Of a DNA stretch of 64,000 nt, positions 9,339 to 19,800 are shown piece by piece (position 1 is the first letter of the stretch; every line of letters begins with the position of its first letter). The position numbers and the translations under genes are program-made. The notes beneath the pieces are model-generated. The model saw nothing but the letters and a program-made list of their open reading frames with translations, did no database searches and was not told the DNA's origin. Origin of the DNA: a virus; IMG/VR virus record IMGVR_UViG_3300014627_000002, positions 1 through 64,000 of that record. One strand, written 5' to 3'.

Positions 9339-10901
9339 ATGAGCAAGGTCGGAACATTTTTATCAGACATATTCTCAAGTCGCCAGGTTGTCCAGCGTAG
9401 TGAAGGCATAGCCACGGTCAATGATATTAATGAGGTTTATGAAAATTTTGAACCTTATTCATTGGGCGTCTATTACGGTGAGCAGTTAAAACGCCGTGAT
9501 CGCAAGACCATCTATACTGAATATAAGATGATGATGCAGGACCCGACCATTCATGCCTGCTTGAATATGCTGGTTGCCGCTGCTTTAGGCGGTCATGAGT
9601 CACGCGGGGAAGTTATCTTTATCCGTCCGGCTGACAAGCTTATGGGTCCAGGTATTCGAGCGAAAGAATTAAGAAAAATGGTGGAAGCGGAAGCGGAACA
9701 CTTACAGAGCTTGATTAATAGAGTGATCTTTTCTTTTGCACGTAATGGCATCGGCTATGGTGATTCATTTGCCCGGGTGTACCCGCAGCGTGGTTATGGA
9801 CTTGCTCATATTTTATGTGATGAAACAGTAGATCCACCATTGATTCAGGCTTTTGAACAAGCTGGCCGGACGGTAGGTTTCCATATTCTTGAAGTCAGTG
9901 ATTATGAAACTCGCCGGCTAACCAAACTTGGTCTACACCAGATGGTCAGAATGAAAATGCAGCGTGTATCTCCATTACCTCAATTTAGGATTGATCACGT
10001 ACTGCACCAGCAACTACTTCAAGAAGATGATTTAACTAGGGTGCCTATTATCCCATCGCCGGTAGGCGGTTCATTTTTGCAAGCGGTTGAGCCCGCATGG
10101 AAAGAATGGATGCTGAGTTTTGCTGCATTAAACAGTCAGCAGATTGCGGATAGTGTAAATAACCAGTTTTTCTCTATGGACGTGTCTGCGATGCCGAAGG
10201 CGGCACGTGAAAAATATAAAATTGGATTACATCAATCACTTTCAGCACTACATGAGAAGGTTAAGAAGGCATTGCAAGGCGGGGAACCCTTATGGCAAAC
10301 GAATTATACGTTTTTGCCATCGTGGGGAGAAAAACAGGTGCTTAATTCATTAGGTGATCTGACCAAACGTGCGGCGCCGTTAAATATGGAACTGGCACTT
10401 ACACATTTAAAGCGGGGTGTTGGTGCACTCGGGCTAGATTTATCCTTAACAGGCTTTATGGAGCTGATTAGTGGCGGTTTAGGCGATGGTGCGACTTTCC
10501 ATACATCTGCTCAGGTCATGCAAAATAGTATTCTTATTCGTCAGGCTGTGACTGATCCTATTATTGATCTCTGTCTTATGCATTTCGCCTATAAATATGG
10601 AACGGTCTATAAACGGGGTGATCTGCCCTTTAAAATTGAGTTCTATAGCGATATTAGTGCGGCTGCAACTGAATCACTCAATAATAAAAATATACGTGCT
10701 AATAACTTGTCTATGACGACAGGGGCCATTCTAGGGCTTAAAGAAATTGAACTGGATGAACATTCAAATTTCCTGCTGTTAACCAATACATTAGGTATGG
10801 ATGATAGCGAAGCACAAGCTCTTTCCAAATCATTAGCGAGGGGAATCAAGGCTAAACAGGATGAACAAAACAATGGCCATGAAGATGATGAGGAAATTTA
10901 A
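9339..10901 (+). CDS. portal protein (probable)
   Basis: 520 aa with an acidic C-terminus (HEDDEEI). YTEYKMMMQDPTIHACLNMLVAAALG resembles the conserved portal N-terminal motif. Preceded by a late box. Confidence 0.5.
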   Translation: MSKVGTFLSDIFSSRQVVQRSEGIATVNDINEVYENFEPYSLGVYYGEQLKRRDRKTIYTEYKMMMQDPTIHACLNMLVAAALGGHESRGEVIFIRPADKLMGPGIRAKELRKMVEAEAEHLQSLINRVIFSFARNGIGYGDSFARVYPQRGYGLAHILCDETVDPPLIQAFEQAGRTVGFHILEVSDYETRRLTKLGLHQMVRMKMQRVSPLPQFRIDHVLHQQLLQEDDLTRVPIIPSPVGGSFLQAVEPAWKEWMLSFAALNSQQIADSVNNQFFSMDVSAMPKAAREKYKIGLHQSLSALHEKVKKALQGGEPLWQTNYTFLPSWGEKQVLNSLGDLTKRAAPLNMELALTHLKRGVGALGLDLSLTGFMELISGGLGDGATFHTSAQVMQNSILIRQAVTDPIIDLCLMHFAYKYGTVYKRGDLPFKIEFYSDISAAATESLNNKNIRANNLSMTTGAILGLKEIELDEHSNFLLLTNTLGMDDSEAQALSKSLARGIKAKQDEQNNGHEDDEEI

Positions 10902-10904
10902 GAA

Positions 10905-11609
10905 ATGGCATTTGATCTAAAGAATTTTAACGAGGTTAATATACTTGGCCAAGCAAAAGACAAGCTGGCCAAGACTGTTAATAAACAGAAAGATCGGCTG
11001 AGCCGAATTGCTCAGGAAAAGTTAGAAACGATTTCAACCCAGGCCATGAGAAAACAGCAATGGTTTGGGCACTCAGCTGAAGACTTCAAACAGCTCTATT
11101 TAGAAATTTATGGATTAGGCCAGCTGTTAAATGCCAATTATTTTGTAGAGTTTGAAGCCTATGAGGACAATGCTACTGCTAATTTACCCTTATTTGCTGA
11201 TGGATTAAGCGGGTACCTGGTCAGTCAGACCAATTTAAACCTACTTCAAGCTGAATTTGAACAGGTCAAAGTGGGGACCATGCAATCTAATCATTTTGTA
11301 GGGATAAGTGAACCTGATTTGCAATTAAGCCTGATTGAAACAGCAGATGCCCGCTTCATGAATACAATCATGGACTGGCGGGATCTTATGGTCAATCCAG
11401 ATGGCACAGCGAATGAACCGGCAAACTATGCCATGATCATAACAATTGGCATGTTTTCCCGTGATTTTGGCCTGCAATATAAGCCTTTTTCACGGCGTTT
11501 TATCGTTGGACCGTCACAGTCCAGCAAAGATGATTTAACCGGACAGGGAACCAGTGAAGTTGCAGAGGTGCCATTTACTTTAACGGTCCTTCGCAATTTC
11601 ATGGAATAA
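10905..11609 (+). CDS. hypothetical head-module protein
   Basis: 234-aa ORF 3 nt after the portal-like gene. Confidence 0.55.
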   Translation: MAFDLKNFNEVNILGQAKDKLAKTVNKQKDRLSRIAQEKLETISTQAMRKQQWFGHSAEDFKQLYLEIYGLGQLLNANYFVEFEAYEDNATANLPLFADGLSGYLVSQTNLNLLQAEFEQVKVGTMQSNHFVGISEPDLQLSLIETADARFMNTIMDWRDLMVNPDGTANEPANYAMIITIGMFSRDFGLQYKPFSRRFIVGPSQSSKDDLTGQGTSEVAEVPFTLTVLRNFME

Positions 11610-11647
11610 CAAAAAATACCGGCTTTTTAATGCGCCAGAATACTCAA
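11603..11647 (+). promoter_or_regulatory. late-operon box (copy 5)
   Basis: GGAATAACAAAAAATA overlaps the stop codon of the upstream gene; AGAATACTC at +34; ATG at 11673. Confidence 0.55.
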
Positions 11648-11672
11648 ATAAATGCATTAAAAGGCCCCAACC

Positions 11673-14600
11673 ATGTTAGAAAACACCCACTTTGTAATTG
11701 ACCATAAAACTGGTGACACAATAAAGCTCATGACACCAGATGGTGTGCTTCTTGACTCATGCGATGCCAATATTGGCCAGTTAAAAGGAGAGCATCGCCA
11801 ATTAAAAGCCATTCTATGTGATGGCGCTTTGCCTTCAGATCAGTGGCAAGTTATGAACGTGGTCAGCGATTCAGGTATGTTTCTGGACCATGTTGCTGTA
11901 AAAGGCGCCGTCAGTGCCGAACAAGCTGAACGTTTATGCACTAAATATCTGCTATCACATGGGACCACGGCCAAGCTTCAGCAGCCTGTATCATTATCAG
12001 ATAGCGGCTTAAAAATCTTTCTGGACAGCGCAACCACTCCAACCGGTACCGCCTATTTGTTAAAAACTGATGCGGCTATCTATGATTCTATGTCTACCTC
12101 AACTAAGGTCCAGTGGAGTGAAGATAATCATGTGCTATCTCATGATGGCCAGTTGTCTAATGTCATGTTCGACATGGCACGCTATGACGTAAACAAAGAA
12201 CTTCTTACCAAAGTTACCCCTCAAGACATTGCCGGCTTGCTGATTGATGATCAGTGTACGATGTTCATGTATGACGCAATGGTCCTGAAATATCGCCAGC
12301 TGGACACGGCCATGCAAAAAATTGCCGAAGCCCTAAAAGCGGCTGGCCATGAAGAATTTTTCGTAAAAAATGTCACACCAATTGAACCATTCAAGCGGCA
12401 AGGCGTGGTCAATGTCGGTGCTATTTTTGAAATGTCGGATACACAGACCGTTACAGTGCTCTTTAATAATCCTGATACAACACCAGCAAAGCTTACTGAC
12501 AGTGATGTGATTACGAGCTGGAAATGGATTTTAAATAAACGTGATGTAACTGCTGTATTGCAGCCACGGGCGGTAGATGCAAAGAAATATCCAATGATTG
12601 CAGGACGTATTTTCCAGCTTCTTGCAAAAAACCATAGCCGTTTTAAGCGAGCTCAGGCAATCCGGGCCAAAGATGAAGCGTTACTCAGTGAGTTAATGAC
12701 CCAGCTTGATGCAACACAGGTTGAGTCACTTACCCTGGATGAACAGCTGAAAAAGCTTAATCAGGAAATTGATCAGATTGGGATCGATAAACAAAAAAAT
12801 ACTGAAGTACTCAAATCTGATAATCCAGGTACTTCAAAAGGAGATCCTGAAAGTAATCCAGATGAAACAATCTATATTTTAAAAAGTTCTAATCCACGTG
12901 CACGGAAACCAGCAGGCAGCATCAAACTAAAAAATAAGAATGGCATATATGATGTGATGTTACAGGACGGCACCGTAGGCGGTGAGTTTATCGGGAATAT
13001 AACCGCCGTGAAAAACTGGCTAATAAGCCGTCTTGCTTCTTTAGGTGATGCGATTGGCGAAAGTGCATCATGGGAGAAAGTTGTAGCACGATTAGAGCTT
13101 AAAACTGGTAATGATGTACTTGATATTGCTGAACAGGCGCCAGAGCTAACAGGTGACGAGTTCGGTGAATTTGATATTGACTTGCCAGAAGATAAAAAAG
13201 CGCTGCGTGAAATAGTGAAGACAGCACTAAAAGAGATGGTGGGCCAGTCTTTCCCATGCCCTGCTTTAAATGCGAATGTTGAAATTCGTACTAATGGGGT
13301 TAAAAAACTAATCAGTATGAGTGGGGATGCGCGCAAACTACAAGCTGTAGCGGCATTAAAAGAGCTTCTGGCAATTGCATATAAGGTAGATGAAAGAAAA
13401 TCTTATGCTGAGCTCACGGAGCGAAATATTGTTGCCTATCACATTATGAGTGCGCCGTTAAAATTAGATCAAGAGTCTTTGAACGTGCTATTTGTGATTC
13501 GTGAGGATGACAAAGGCCACTATCACTATGATCATAAAATTGAAAAATCTGTAGTACAGAATGTAAAAAGCCCGCTATTAGACGGGCTTCTCACAGTAGC
13601 TTTTCCAACGGCGGGAGTGTCACAAGATGATCTTGCTGGACTGACCCACTTAGCAAGCTACCGGCGTAATGACAGTATAGAAAGTGATCATAATATTGTC
13701 AACACCATGTTCGATGATGCGAACGCTGATGATGCCGAAGTGCTCAATATGTTCATCATTGCCGAAGGTCAGGTTGCTGAACCGGAAGATGTGCCTGAAC
13801 CTGCACAGGTGCCAGAGGGCTTTAATCTGGTTAATCCTTCAGATGGTTACTGGCAGCTACGCCGTGAAGGGGTAAACCGCTTTGTAGTCATTATGGGGGA
13901 CAAGAACGGCTATCAGGCCCAAAGCCAGAGCGCGTCTTCAACCATTGTTAAAAGCTTGGATTCAGCAATTGCTTGGGGCGTTACCTTGTTAAACGACCTT
14001 CATCAAGACCTTATGGCCAAGAATGAGCAAGAACAGGATCTTATTAATAACTGGCGTGATCAAATTCCTGCAAATCTTGATAAAGAGCTATTTTTAAAGG
14101 CTTTTGATATGGTGAAGGACCATACCGTTAAACATGAATGGAACTGGAATGATGCCACGATCTTTAATTTCTTGGTTAAATCCTTCGAGCGTTTTGAACA
14201 GGCTCATGCATCTGTCGGTTTTTTCTTTCAGCTATCAAATGAAATTCTAAATAACGGGGTTAATGAGCTAAGCCGCAAGCTATACGCCTTATATACCAAT
14301 GGTGATGTGGTATTAGCTGGCCAAAGCCAAAAAGCAGGTAAAGAACGCATGCAGGAATATGCAAAAACCGTCTTTACTCAAGATCAGCTTGATCAGTATG
14401 AAGCGGATAAGATTCAAGCTGAAAAAGATGAAATCGAAGCAAAAAAAGCAGCTTTAGAACAGGAATTGCGGGAGTCAGTTAAAGTTATCTGGATGAGTAT
14501 ACCGGCAGGTGATCGGGGGATGATGCAAGGCTGGCTTAACAGTGGTTATGACATGGTTCGGGTGAAAAAGGGCGCAACCTATCGTTATCAATTTACCAAT

Positions 14601-14984
14601 CCAGACGGCAGCGCCTACCGGGTCCAAAATCATCCATCTTATAAAAAAGCTGAACAGGCCGCCAAAGCCGCCGATGCTACCTATGGTTCATTGCGTAAAG
14701 CCCTGACTGAATTAGGCATTATTGAGCTGCCTAAAGCTACTGAGCCAGTAAAAGACCCTATTGAAAAGGAAACTAATGCCAATACAGAAACTTCAAATCC
14801 AGAAAATGAAAGCCTGGCATTCCTTAATTCAGTTATTGCCGGTGAAGTCGATTTAAGTGCTGATTCAATTGGTGAACGTCTGGAAAGTATGGCTGAGAAT
14901 CTGGACCCATCCTTAGAACAATTATTTGAGCAAGCTGCTGATGCCTACGCTCAATTTGCAATTAAAAACGCTCAAAGCGTATAA
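11673..14984 (+). CDS. 1103-aa virion-associated 'polyvalent'-type protein, function unknown
   Basis: Huge ORF behind a late box, next to the portal. The segment NVEIRTNGVKKLISMSGDARK...NIVAYHIMSAPLKLDQESLNVLFVIREDDKGHYHYDH recalls domains seen in phage/conjugative polyvalent proteins (recollection, unverified). Confidence 0.45.
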   Translation: MLENTHFVIDHKTGDTIKLMTPDGVLLDSCDANIGQLKGEHRQLKAILCDGALPSDQWQVMNVVSDSGMFLDHVAVKGAVSAEQAERLCTKYLLSHGTTAKLQQPVSLSDSGLKIFLDSATTPTGTAYLLKTDAAIYDSMSTSTKVQWSEDNHVLSHDGQLSNVMFDMARYDVNKELLTKVTPQDIAGLLIDDQCTMFMYDAMVLKYRQLDTAMQKIAEALKAAGHEEFFVKNVTPIEPFKRQGVVNVGAIFEMSDTQTVTVLFNNPDTTPAKLTDSDVITSWKWILNKRDVTAVLQPRAVDAKKYPMIAGRIFQLLAKNHSRFKRAQAIRAKDEALLSELMTQLDATQVESLTLDEQLKKLNQEIDQIGIDKQKNTEVLKSDNPGTSKGDPESNPDETIYILKSSNPRARKPAGSIKLKNKNGIYDVMLQDGTVGGEFIGNITAVKNWLISRLASLGDAIGESASWEKVVARLELKTGNDVLDIAEQAPELTGDEFGEFDIDLPEDKKALREIVKTALKEMVGQSFPCPALNANVEIRTNGVKKLISMSGDARKLQAVAALKELLAIAYKVDERKSYAELTERNIVAYHIMSAPLKLDQESLNVLFVIREDDKGHYHYDHKIEKSVVQNVKSPLLDGLLTVAFPTAGVSQDDLAGLTHLASYRRNDSIESDHNIVNTMFDDANADDAEVLNMFIIAEGQVAEPEDVPEPAQVPEGFNLVNPSDGYWQLRREGVNRFVVIMGDKNGYQAQSQSASSTIVKSLDSAIAWGVTLLNDLHQDLMAKNEQEQDLINNWRDQIPANLDKELFLKAFDMVKDHTVKHEWNWNDATIFNFLVKSFERFEQAHASVGFFFQLSNEILNNGVNELSRKLYALYTNGDVVLAGQSQKAGKERMQEYAKTVFTQDQLDQYEADKIQAEKDEIEAKKAALEQELRESVKVIWMSIPAGDRGMMQGWLNSGYDMVRVKKGATYRYQFTNPDGSAYRVQNHPSYKKAEQAAKAADATYGSLRKALTELGIIELPKATEPVKDPIEKETNANTETSNPENESLAFLNSVIAGEVDLSADSIGERLESMAENLDPSLEQLFEQAADAYAQFAIKNAQSV

Positions 14985-14993
14985 GGTGACGTC

Positions 14994-16301
14994 ATGCTAA
15001 CAGCAGTACAAAAGATTAAATTATCGCGTGAGAGCGTTAGCTTGGTGGCTCAATTAGCTGAGCTAAAGGGCATGGCCAAGATTAAAGCAGCTCGCCGCTT
15101 AAATGAAATTACTGTATTGCTTGGGGGCGGCCAAAAGGCCGACCCATTAACCAAGCAAGGCGCTGATGAATTTCATGAAAATCTGAAAACGGCGATTGGT
15201 CAAGATTCAGGGGTGGACCTCACGCCATTTGAACGGATTGTTCAGAACAATGAAATCACGATTGAAACACTGACAGGTGCAGTGGCATCAACTAAAGCGC
15301 TATTAAATAGCGTAAGTACACCGCCTATTTTTTTGGAAGCTGTAAAAACGGTTACAGCCAAGCTAGAAACGGGTGAGCTCTATGACAGTTTAGGCCATGC
15401 CGCTGTTAGCTTGGCCAATGACATTAATAGCATTATTCAGATGCATGATGTGCTTGCTCAAACGGCCGCAACCAGTGAGTTAAATACAGGGGTAGAACCG
15501 ACTCAAGAGCAGCTGGAAGCAAATCAATATCAAGTCGCTCATATCAAGATTGCAGGCATGGATATAGCTATTGAAAATCCAGCCGGAAGTATCCGCCGTG
15601 GCGTAGATCAGGATGGCCATGCTTGGGAAACTACTATGTCAGCCCATTACGGATATTTTGAGAATACTATGGGTGCCGATGGGGATGAACTTGATGTGTT
15701 TGTCGTACCAGGTATAGATGCAGATTATGATGGCCGTGTATTTGTGGTCCATCAAATTGACAGTAAGGGCAATTTTGATGAGCACAAGATTATCTTGGGT
15801 GTAACATCAAAAGCTACAGCGCTGGCACTTTACCAGGCGCATTATGATGAACATTTTAATAGTGTCGGCAGTATTCATGAATATAGCCTTGAAGATTTTA
15901 AGGCCAAGCTTCAGCAGCCTACTGCACTATTTGACTCATTGCGGCCAATGTTGCTTGATTCATGGGTGAACGATGGCCGTTTTGACCTGTTGCCCATTAA
16001 AAAACTGGACCTGAATGGCCTAGATGATGGGGCTAAAGAGCCAAAGCCTTCAATTAAAGAGCCTATTGTAGTTTTACTGCACGGTAGCAAGTATCTGGTA
16101 ATTCATGGCCGAAAACGTATGGAACTGGCTTTTAAAAATTCTGAGTCATTTATCCCGGCTATTGTGTTTGCTCAAGATCAGGGTTACACCAGAGCTGACG
16201 TGCAAAAGGCGATGAAACAATGTGGCAATGTGGTGCATGCTGAAGCGCTGGCGGCATTGATTGAACATAATGCTGCCAAAAGACTAGAAGCCGCCATATA
16301 A
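14994..16301 (+). CDS. inorganic-pyrophosphatase-fold domain fused to ParB/Srx-like domain
   Basis: IAIENPAGSIRRG...HYGYFENTMGADGDELDVFVV...FVVHQIDSKGNFDEHKIILGV fits the family-I PPase core (DGDPLDV-type). The C-terminal LHGSKYLVIHGRKRMELAF fits the ParB N-domain DGxHR-type motif. Confidence 0.6.
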   Translation: MLTAVQKIKLSRESVSLVAQLAELKGMAKIKAARRLNEITVLLGGGQKADPLTKQGADEFHENLKTAIGQDSGVDLTPFERIVQNNEITIETLTGAVASTKALLNSVSTPPIFLEAVKTVTAKLETGELYDSLGHAAVSLANDINSIIQMHDVLAQTAATSELNTGVEPTQEQLEANQYQVAHIKIAGMDIAIENPAGSIRRGVDQDGHAWETTMSAHYGYFENTMGADGDELDVFVVPGIDADYDGRVFVVHQIDSKGNFDEHKIILGVTSKATALALYQAHYDEHFNSVGSIHEYSLEDFKAKLQQPTALFDSLRPMLLDSWVNDGRFDLLPIKKLDLNGLDDGAKEPKPSIKEPIVVLLHGSKYLVIHGRKRMELAFKNSESFIPAIVFAQDQGYTRADVQKAMKQCGNVVHAEALAALIEHNAAKRLEAAI

Positions 16302-16305
16302 ACAT

Positions 16306-16332
16306 AAAGCCCGCGAAATGCGGGCTTTTTTA
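16306..16332. terminator. bidirectional rho-independent terminator
   Basis: AAAGCCCGC-gaaat-GCGGGCTTTTTT between convergent genes. Confidence 0.8.
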
Positions 16333-16346
16333 TAACTAAAAACTAC

Positions 16347-16661
16347 TCATGCTGGGCGGGTTATAAGATTGTAAGTAGAAAGGTAACTCATATTGGTGTA
16401 CCCGTTTTTGATGAACATATCTTCATGCTTATCGATGAAATACTGTCTTGCCTGAAGGCGTTTTAGCTCGATACTAATATGATTGCGGCTAGATTGTCTT
16501 AACTGCTCATCTTGTAATTTTGTCTGCAGGTCTTTGATCAGGTTTTTATGATGAGCTCTTATTTTCTCAATAAATGCTTCTCTACTTTCTGGTGTATTAG
16601 AACAAACGAGATCCAAGATTACCTCATTGCAGATCGTAAAAAATAGTTTTACCTGGTTCAT
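16347..16661 (-). CDS. hypothetical protein, reverse-oriented
   Basis: 104-aa ORF divergent from the giant gene, with a TGAACA array in its upstream region. Confidence 0.5.
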   Translation of the reverse strand: MNQVKLFFTICNEVILDLVCSNTPESREAFIEKIRAHHKNLIKDLQTKLQDEQLRQSSRNHISIELKRLQARQYFIDKHEDMFIKNGYTNMSYLSTYNLITRPA

Positions 16662-16700
16662 TTTATTTTCCTGTTATGTCATGCCAATAAATATACAAGC

Positions 16701-16736
16701 AAATGAACAAATGAACAATAGAACAAATGAACATTT
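16701..16736. promoter_or_regulatory. TGAACA-repeat array (class A, locus 1)
   Basis: AAATGAACAAATGAACAATAGAACAAATGAACATTT in the divergent intergenic region. Confidence 0.6.
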
Positions 16737-16749
16737 ATAAAAAAGTTTA

Positions 16750-16794
16750 GGAATATGGAAAAAACTGGAAATTTCTACTTCATAAAATGGGGGT
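16750..16794 (+). promoter_or_regulatory. late-operon box (copy 6)
   Basis: GGAATATGGAAAAAAC at 16750; AAAATGGGGG at +34 (16784); ATG at 16821. Confidence 0.55.
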
Positions 16795-16820
16795 GGTTCA
16801 ACCATAAAACAGAGTAGGCT

Positions 16821-19800
16821 ATGCCATTCAACAATACTGCCCGTGCGGGTTTGCAAGTTTTTTCAGATGCTTTATCAGCACTGAAAAACAAAGTTTCCCC
16901 ATCTCATGCACCAACTGGTGTATATGAATTTCAAGATGAGAAAATTACGCCAACCAAGCGCCAGAAGGCAAACAATGCGGCCGTAAGTCTGTTACGGCAA
17001 TTACAGAATGAATCGGGGTTAAAGGCGACAGCTGAACAGAAGGTCACTTTATCGCGGTACACCGGTAAAGGGGGAAATTTAGAAGTAGAAGGGGTAAAGG
17101 GGAGCCAATATGAATACTACACACCGGTCCCTTTAGCTAATGCACTGTGGGACCTCTTAAAAGAACATGGCTTTGACGGCGGCGCCGTACTCGATCCTTG
17201 CGCGGGGACTGGTATTTTTGCAGCTGGCCGACCTGAATCAGTGGTGATGCAGTCCGTAGAGCTTAATGATGTTTCTGGCGGTATTAATGCGTTGGTAAAT
17301 GACCAGGCAAATCACAATGTCATTGTAAGCCCTTTTGAGAAAATCGCTTCTCAGACGCAAGACAATGTTTATGATGCTGTTATTACTAATGTGCCGTTCG
17401 GTTCACGTGGAGATCGGGGCGATAATGCCCGCCATGATATTTATTCAGATGATGATTTAGACTCATACTTTGTTAAACGGTCAATTGACAAATTAAAGCA
17501 CGGTAAACTGGCCGTATTTATTGCTCACCCAAAATTACTTACGGGTGCCGGTCATAAGAAGTTCCGTCAATATATTTCTCTACGTGCTGAACTGGTGGGA
17601 GCATACCGCCTGCCTAACAAGGTATTCCAAGCTACAGGCGCAGATGTAGTAACTGATGTTCTGGTATTTCGCAAACATACTGAAGAACTGACACAGAAAA
17701 TTGAAAACCTATATGACAATGGTTCACTTCAAGTACTTCAAGATTCCCGCATTCTGGATGCCGATATAATTGACGGTCGATATTACAAGGCTGAAGGTCA
17801 AAAAAACGTACTTGGCCAAAGTACGATAGTCAAACATGCAAAATTTAAAACAGATGTAGAAGCTGTTTTAAGTGATGAAAGCCTGCCGAATATCTTAAAA
17901 CTGATTCGCCGTTTTCCAGACAGCCGTATTAATTATGGGATGCTGGAATTAACAGAAATGAAGCCAGTTTTACCGATACAAGAAGGTGATATTCGTGTCA
18001 TCGGCGGCACTACATTTGAATATCAGGATGGTAAATGGATTAGCACAGGCCAGACAGCCACTTATAGTAATGCTGAAAGCTTTAGTAAGGCCCTCACAGC
18101 TTTTATGTCAGGCATGACTTATGTTGATCTGATGGCTTATCAGAGTCATTGTGTGGCATCACATTACAAGTTATCTGCATGGGCTGGCCAGTTAATTGAT
18201 GTAGTACAAAGCACAGGTGTAGAAACTTATGCACACTGGCTGGTCCAGTTTGCACTGTATGAAGCTTTACAGGCCGAAGCCTATAACAGCTATGCTCAGA
18301 ACTATCCTAAGCTTACAAGTGCTTTAAAGGGCATCGCGGGGCAAGTTGGTAAAAAACCATATAAACATGCTTCAGTTAAGACCCTGGTAACGTTTAACAG
18401 TAAGGCTTTCGATAAAAATTCAGCTGATGGCCTGTCAGCCTATTGGTATGGCAGCACTATTGAAATTGCACAGGCACTAGATGCCAAAGGCGCTTATGAA
18501 AATGCAATTTATATGGGTCGTGCTAAAGACTTTATGGTATCCGTTGATGAAATCCGGCAGACCGATCCTAATTTTGACCCATTGGCTAATGAAGATTATG
18601 CAATTTCAGGGGACGGTCAGTATGTCACGTTAAATCGGGACTATTACACGGGCAATCACGGCGAATTTTTACAGCAGATTGATGCACAGATTGAAGCCGC
18701 AACAGATCCTAAAATACGTGCAAAACTGGTCCAGCAACGTAAAAAATCATTTGAGCATGTTGATTATGTCGATGTGGCCAATATTAATTTAGGTTTACGT
18801 GCTACCAACATTGATATACAGGTCAAAAGTGATTTTCTAAGCCTGTATGGTGGGGATGCAGTGACAGTCGATGAAGACGGTCGCATTCGCTTAAAAGACA
18901 AGCAAGAGCCATTAGATCGCATTATCCGCATTATGAAGCGGGACGGGGTGCAAGGTGCTCAACATCGTTGGGTTCAAACGTTCTTCTTAAACCGTATCTT
19001 GGATTCAGTTAATAACAATGTCCGCCTAACATTGAAGGCGAATAAGGATGAAGTATCTAAGCAGGATCATGACCTGGTATTTAAGGCTTTTTTAGAATAT
19101 GCAAATGAGCTAGATGCAACCTTTAGTGCTTATCTAAAAGCCAATATCGGGTTTATGGAAGACCTAGATGCAAAAGTAAATGACCCAATGCATAAAGAAA
19201 TGCAGAGTGAGCTAGATACTTCACCAGTAGAGGTCAAAGGCTTTGCACCTAAGTTTGCAACATTTAAAGCGATGCAGACTTATCAAAATGCAGAAGTACG
19301 CCGTTTAAGTCGCCGTTTTGAAGGAATTACCGGCTTTGATGTAGGTTTGGGTAAGACACTCACTTCAATTGCAGCTGCACAAAACCTGCATAATATTGGC
19401 GTTAAAAAGCGTACCTTGTTTGTGGTTCCATCACATACGATTTCTAAATGGTATCGTGATATGCAAATGTCGTTAGATGATTACAGTGATGTATTAGTCA
19501 TCGGCTTAAAGGGCAATACACTAAGTTCGGTCAATAGTAGCCATTACGGTGCTGACTTAAACCTATTGCTTAGTGAACCCTATCGCAAGATCCTGATTAC
19601 TAGTGATGCTTTCACTATGATTCCGCTACGTGACCGCACCATTGAAAAATATTATGAAAGTAAAAAGGCAAAAATCGATTTTTCAAAAGATAAAGACCGA
19701 GAAAAATGGAACGCATTTATTGGCAAGAAAAAAGAACCACTTCAAAAAGATGTAGGCCGCCTACCATTTTTTGAGGACCTGAATATTGATAGCATCATTT

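Noticed and set aside
12872-13336. Antisense or alternative-frame ORFs inside the giant genes (12135..12317, 12872..13336, 13684..13875, 19742..20080, 20295..20536, 21616..21810, 22415..23017)
   Set aside because: They lie entirely within long, motif-bearing ORFs, mostly on the opposite strand. They are short, lack start signals, and have odd composition. Such ORFs are expected by chance in AT-rich DNA.
11673-14984. Looked for zincin (HExxH), ART (R-S-ExE) or nuclease motifs in the 1103-aa protein, which would make it a classical MuF-type polyvalent toxin carrier
   Set aside because: No convincing catalytic signature was found by eye. Only a vague resemblance to polyvalent-protein-associated domains remains, so function is left unknown.
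16674-16856. 60-aa minus-strand ORF spanning the 16.7-kb intergenic region
   Set aside because: Its sequence is made of the TGAACA repeat array and the late box, and it overlaps the start of the giant gene. This is regulatory DNA read as protein.
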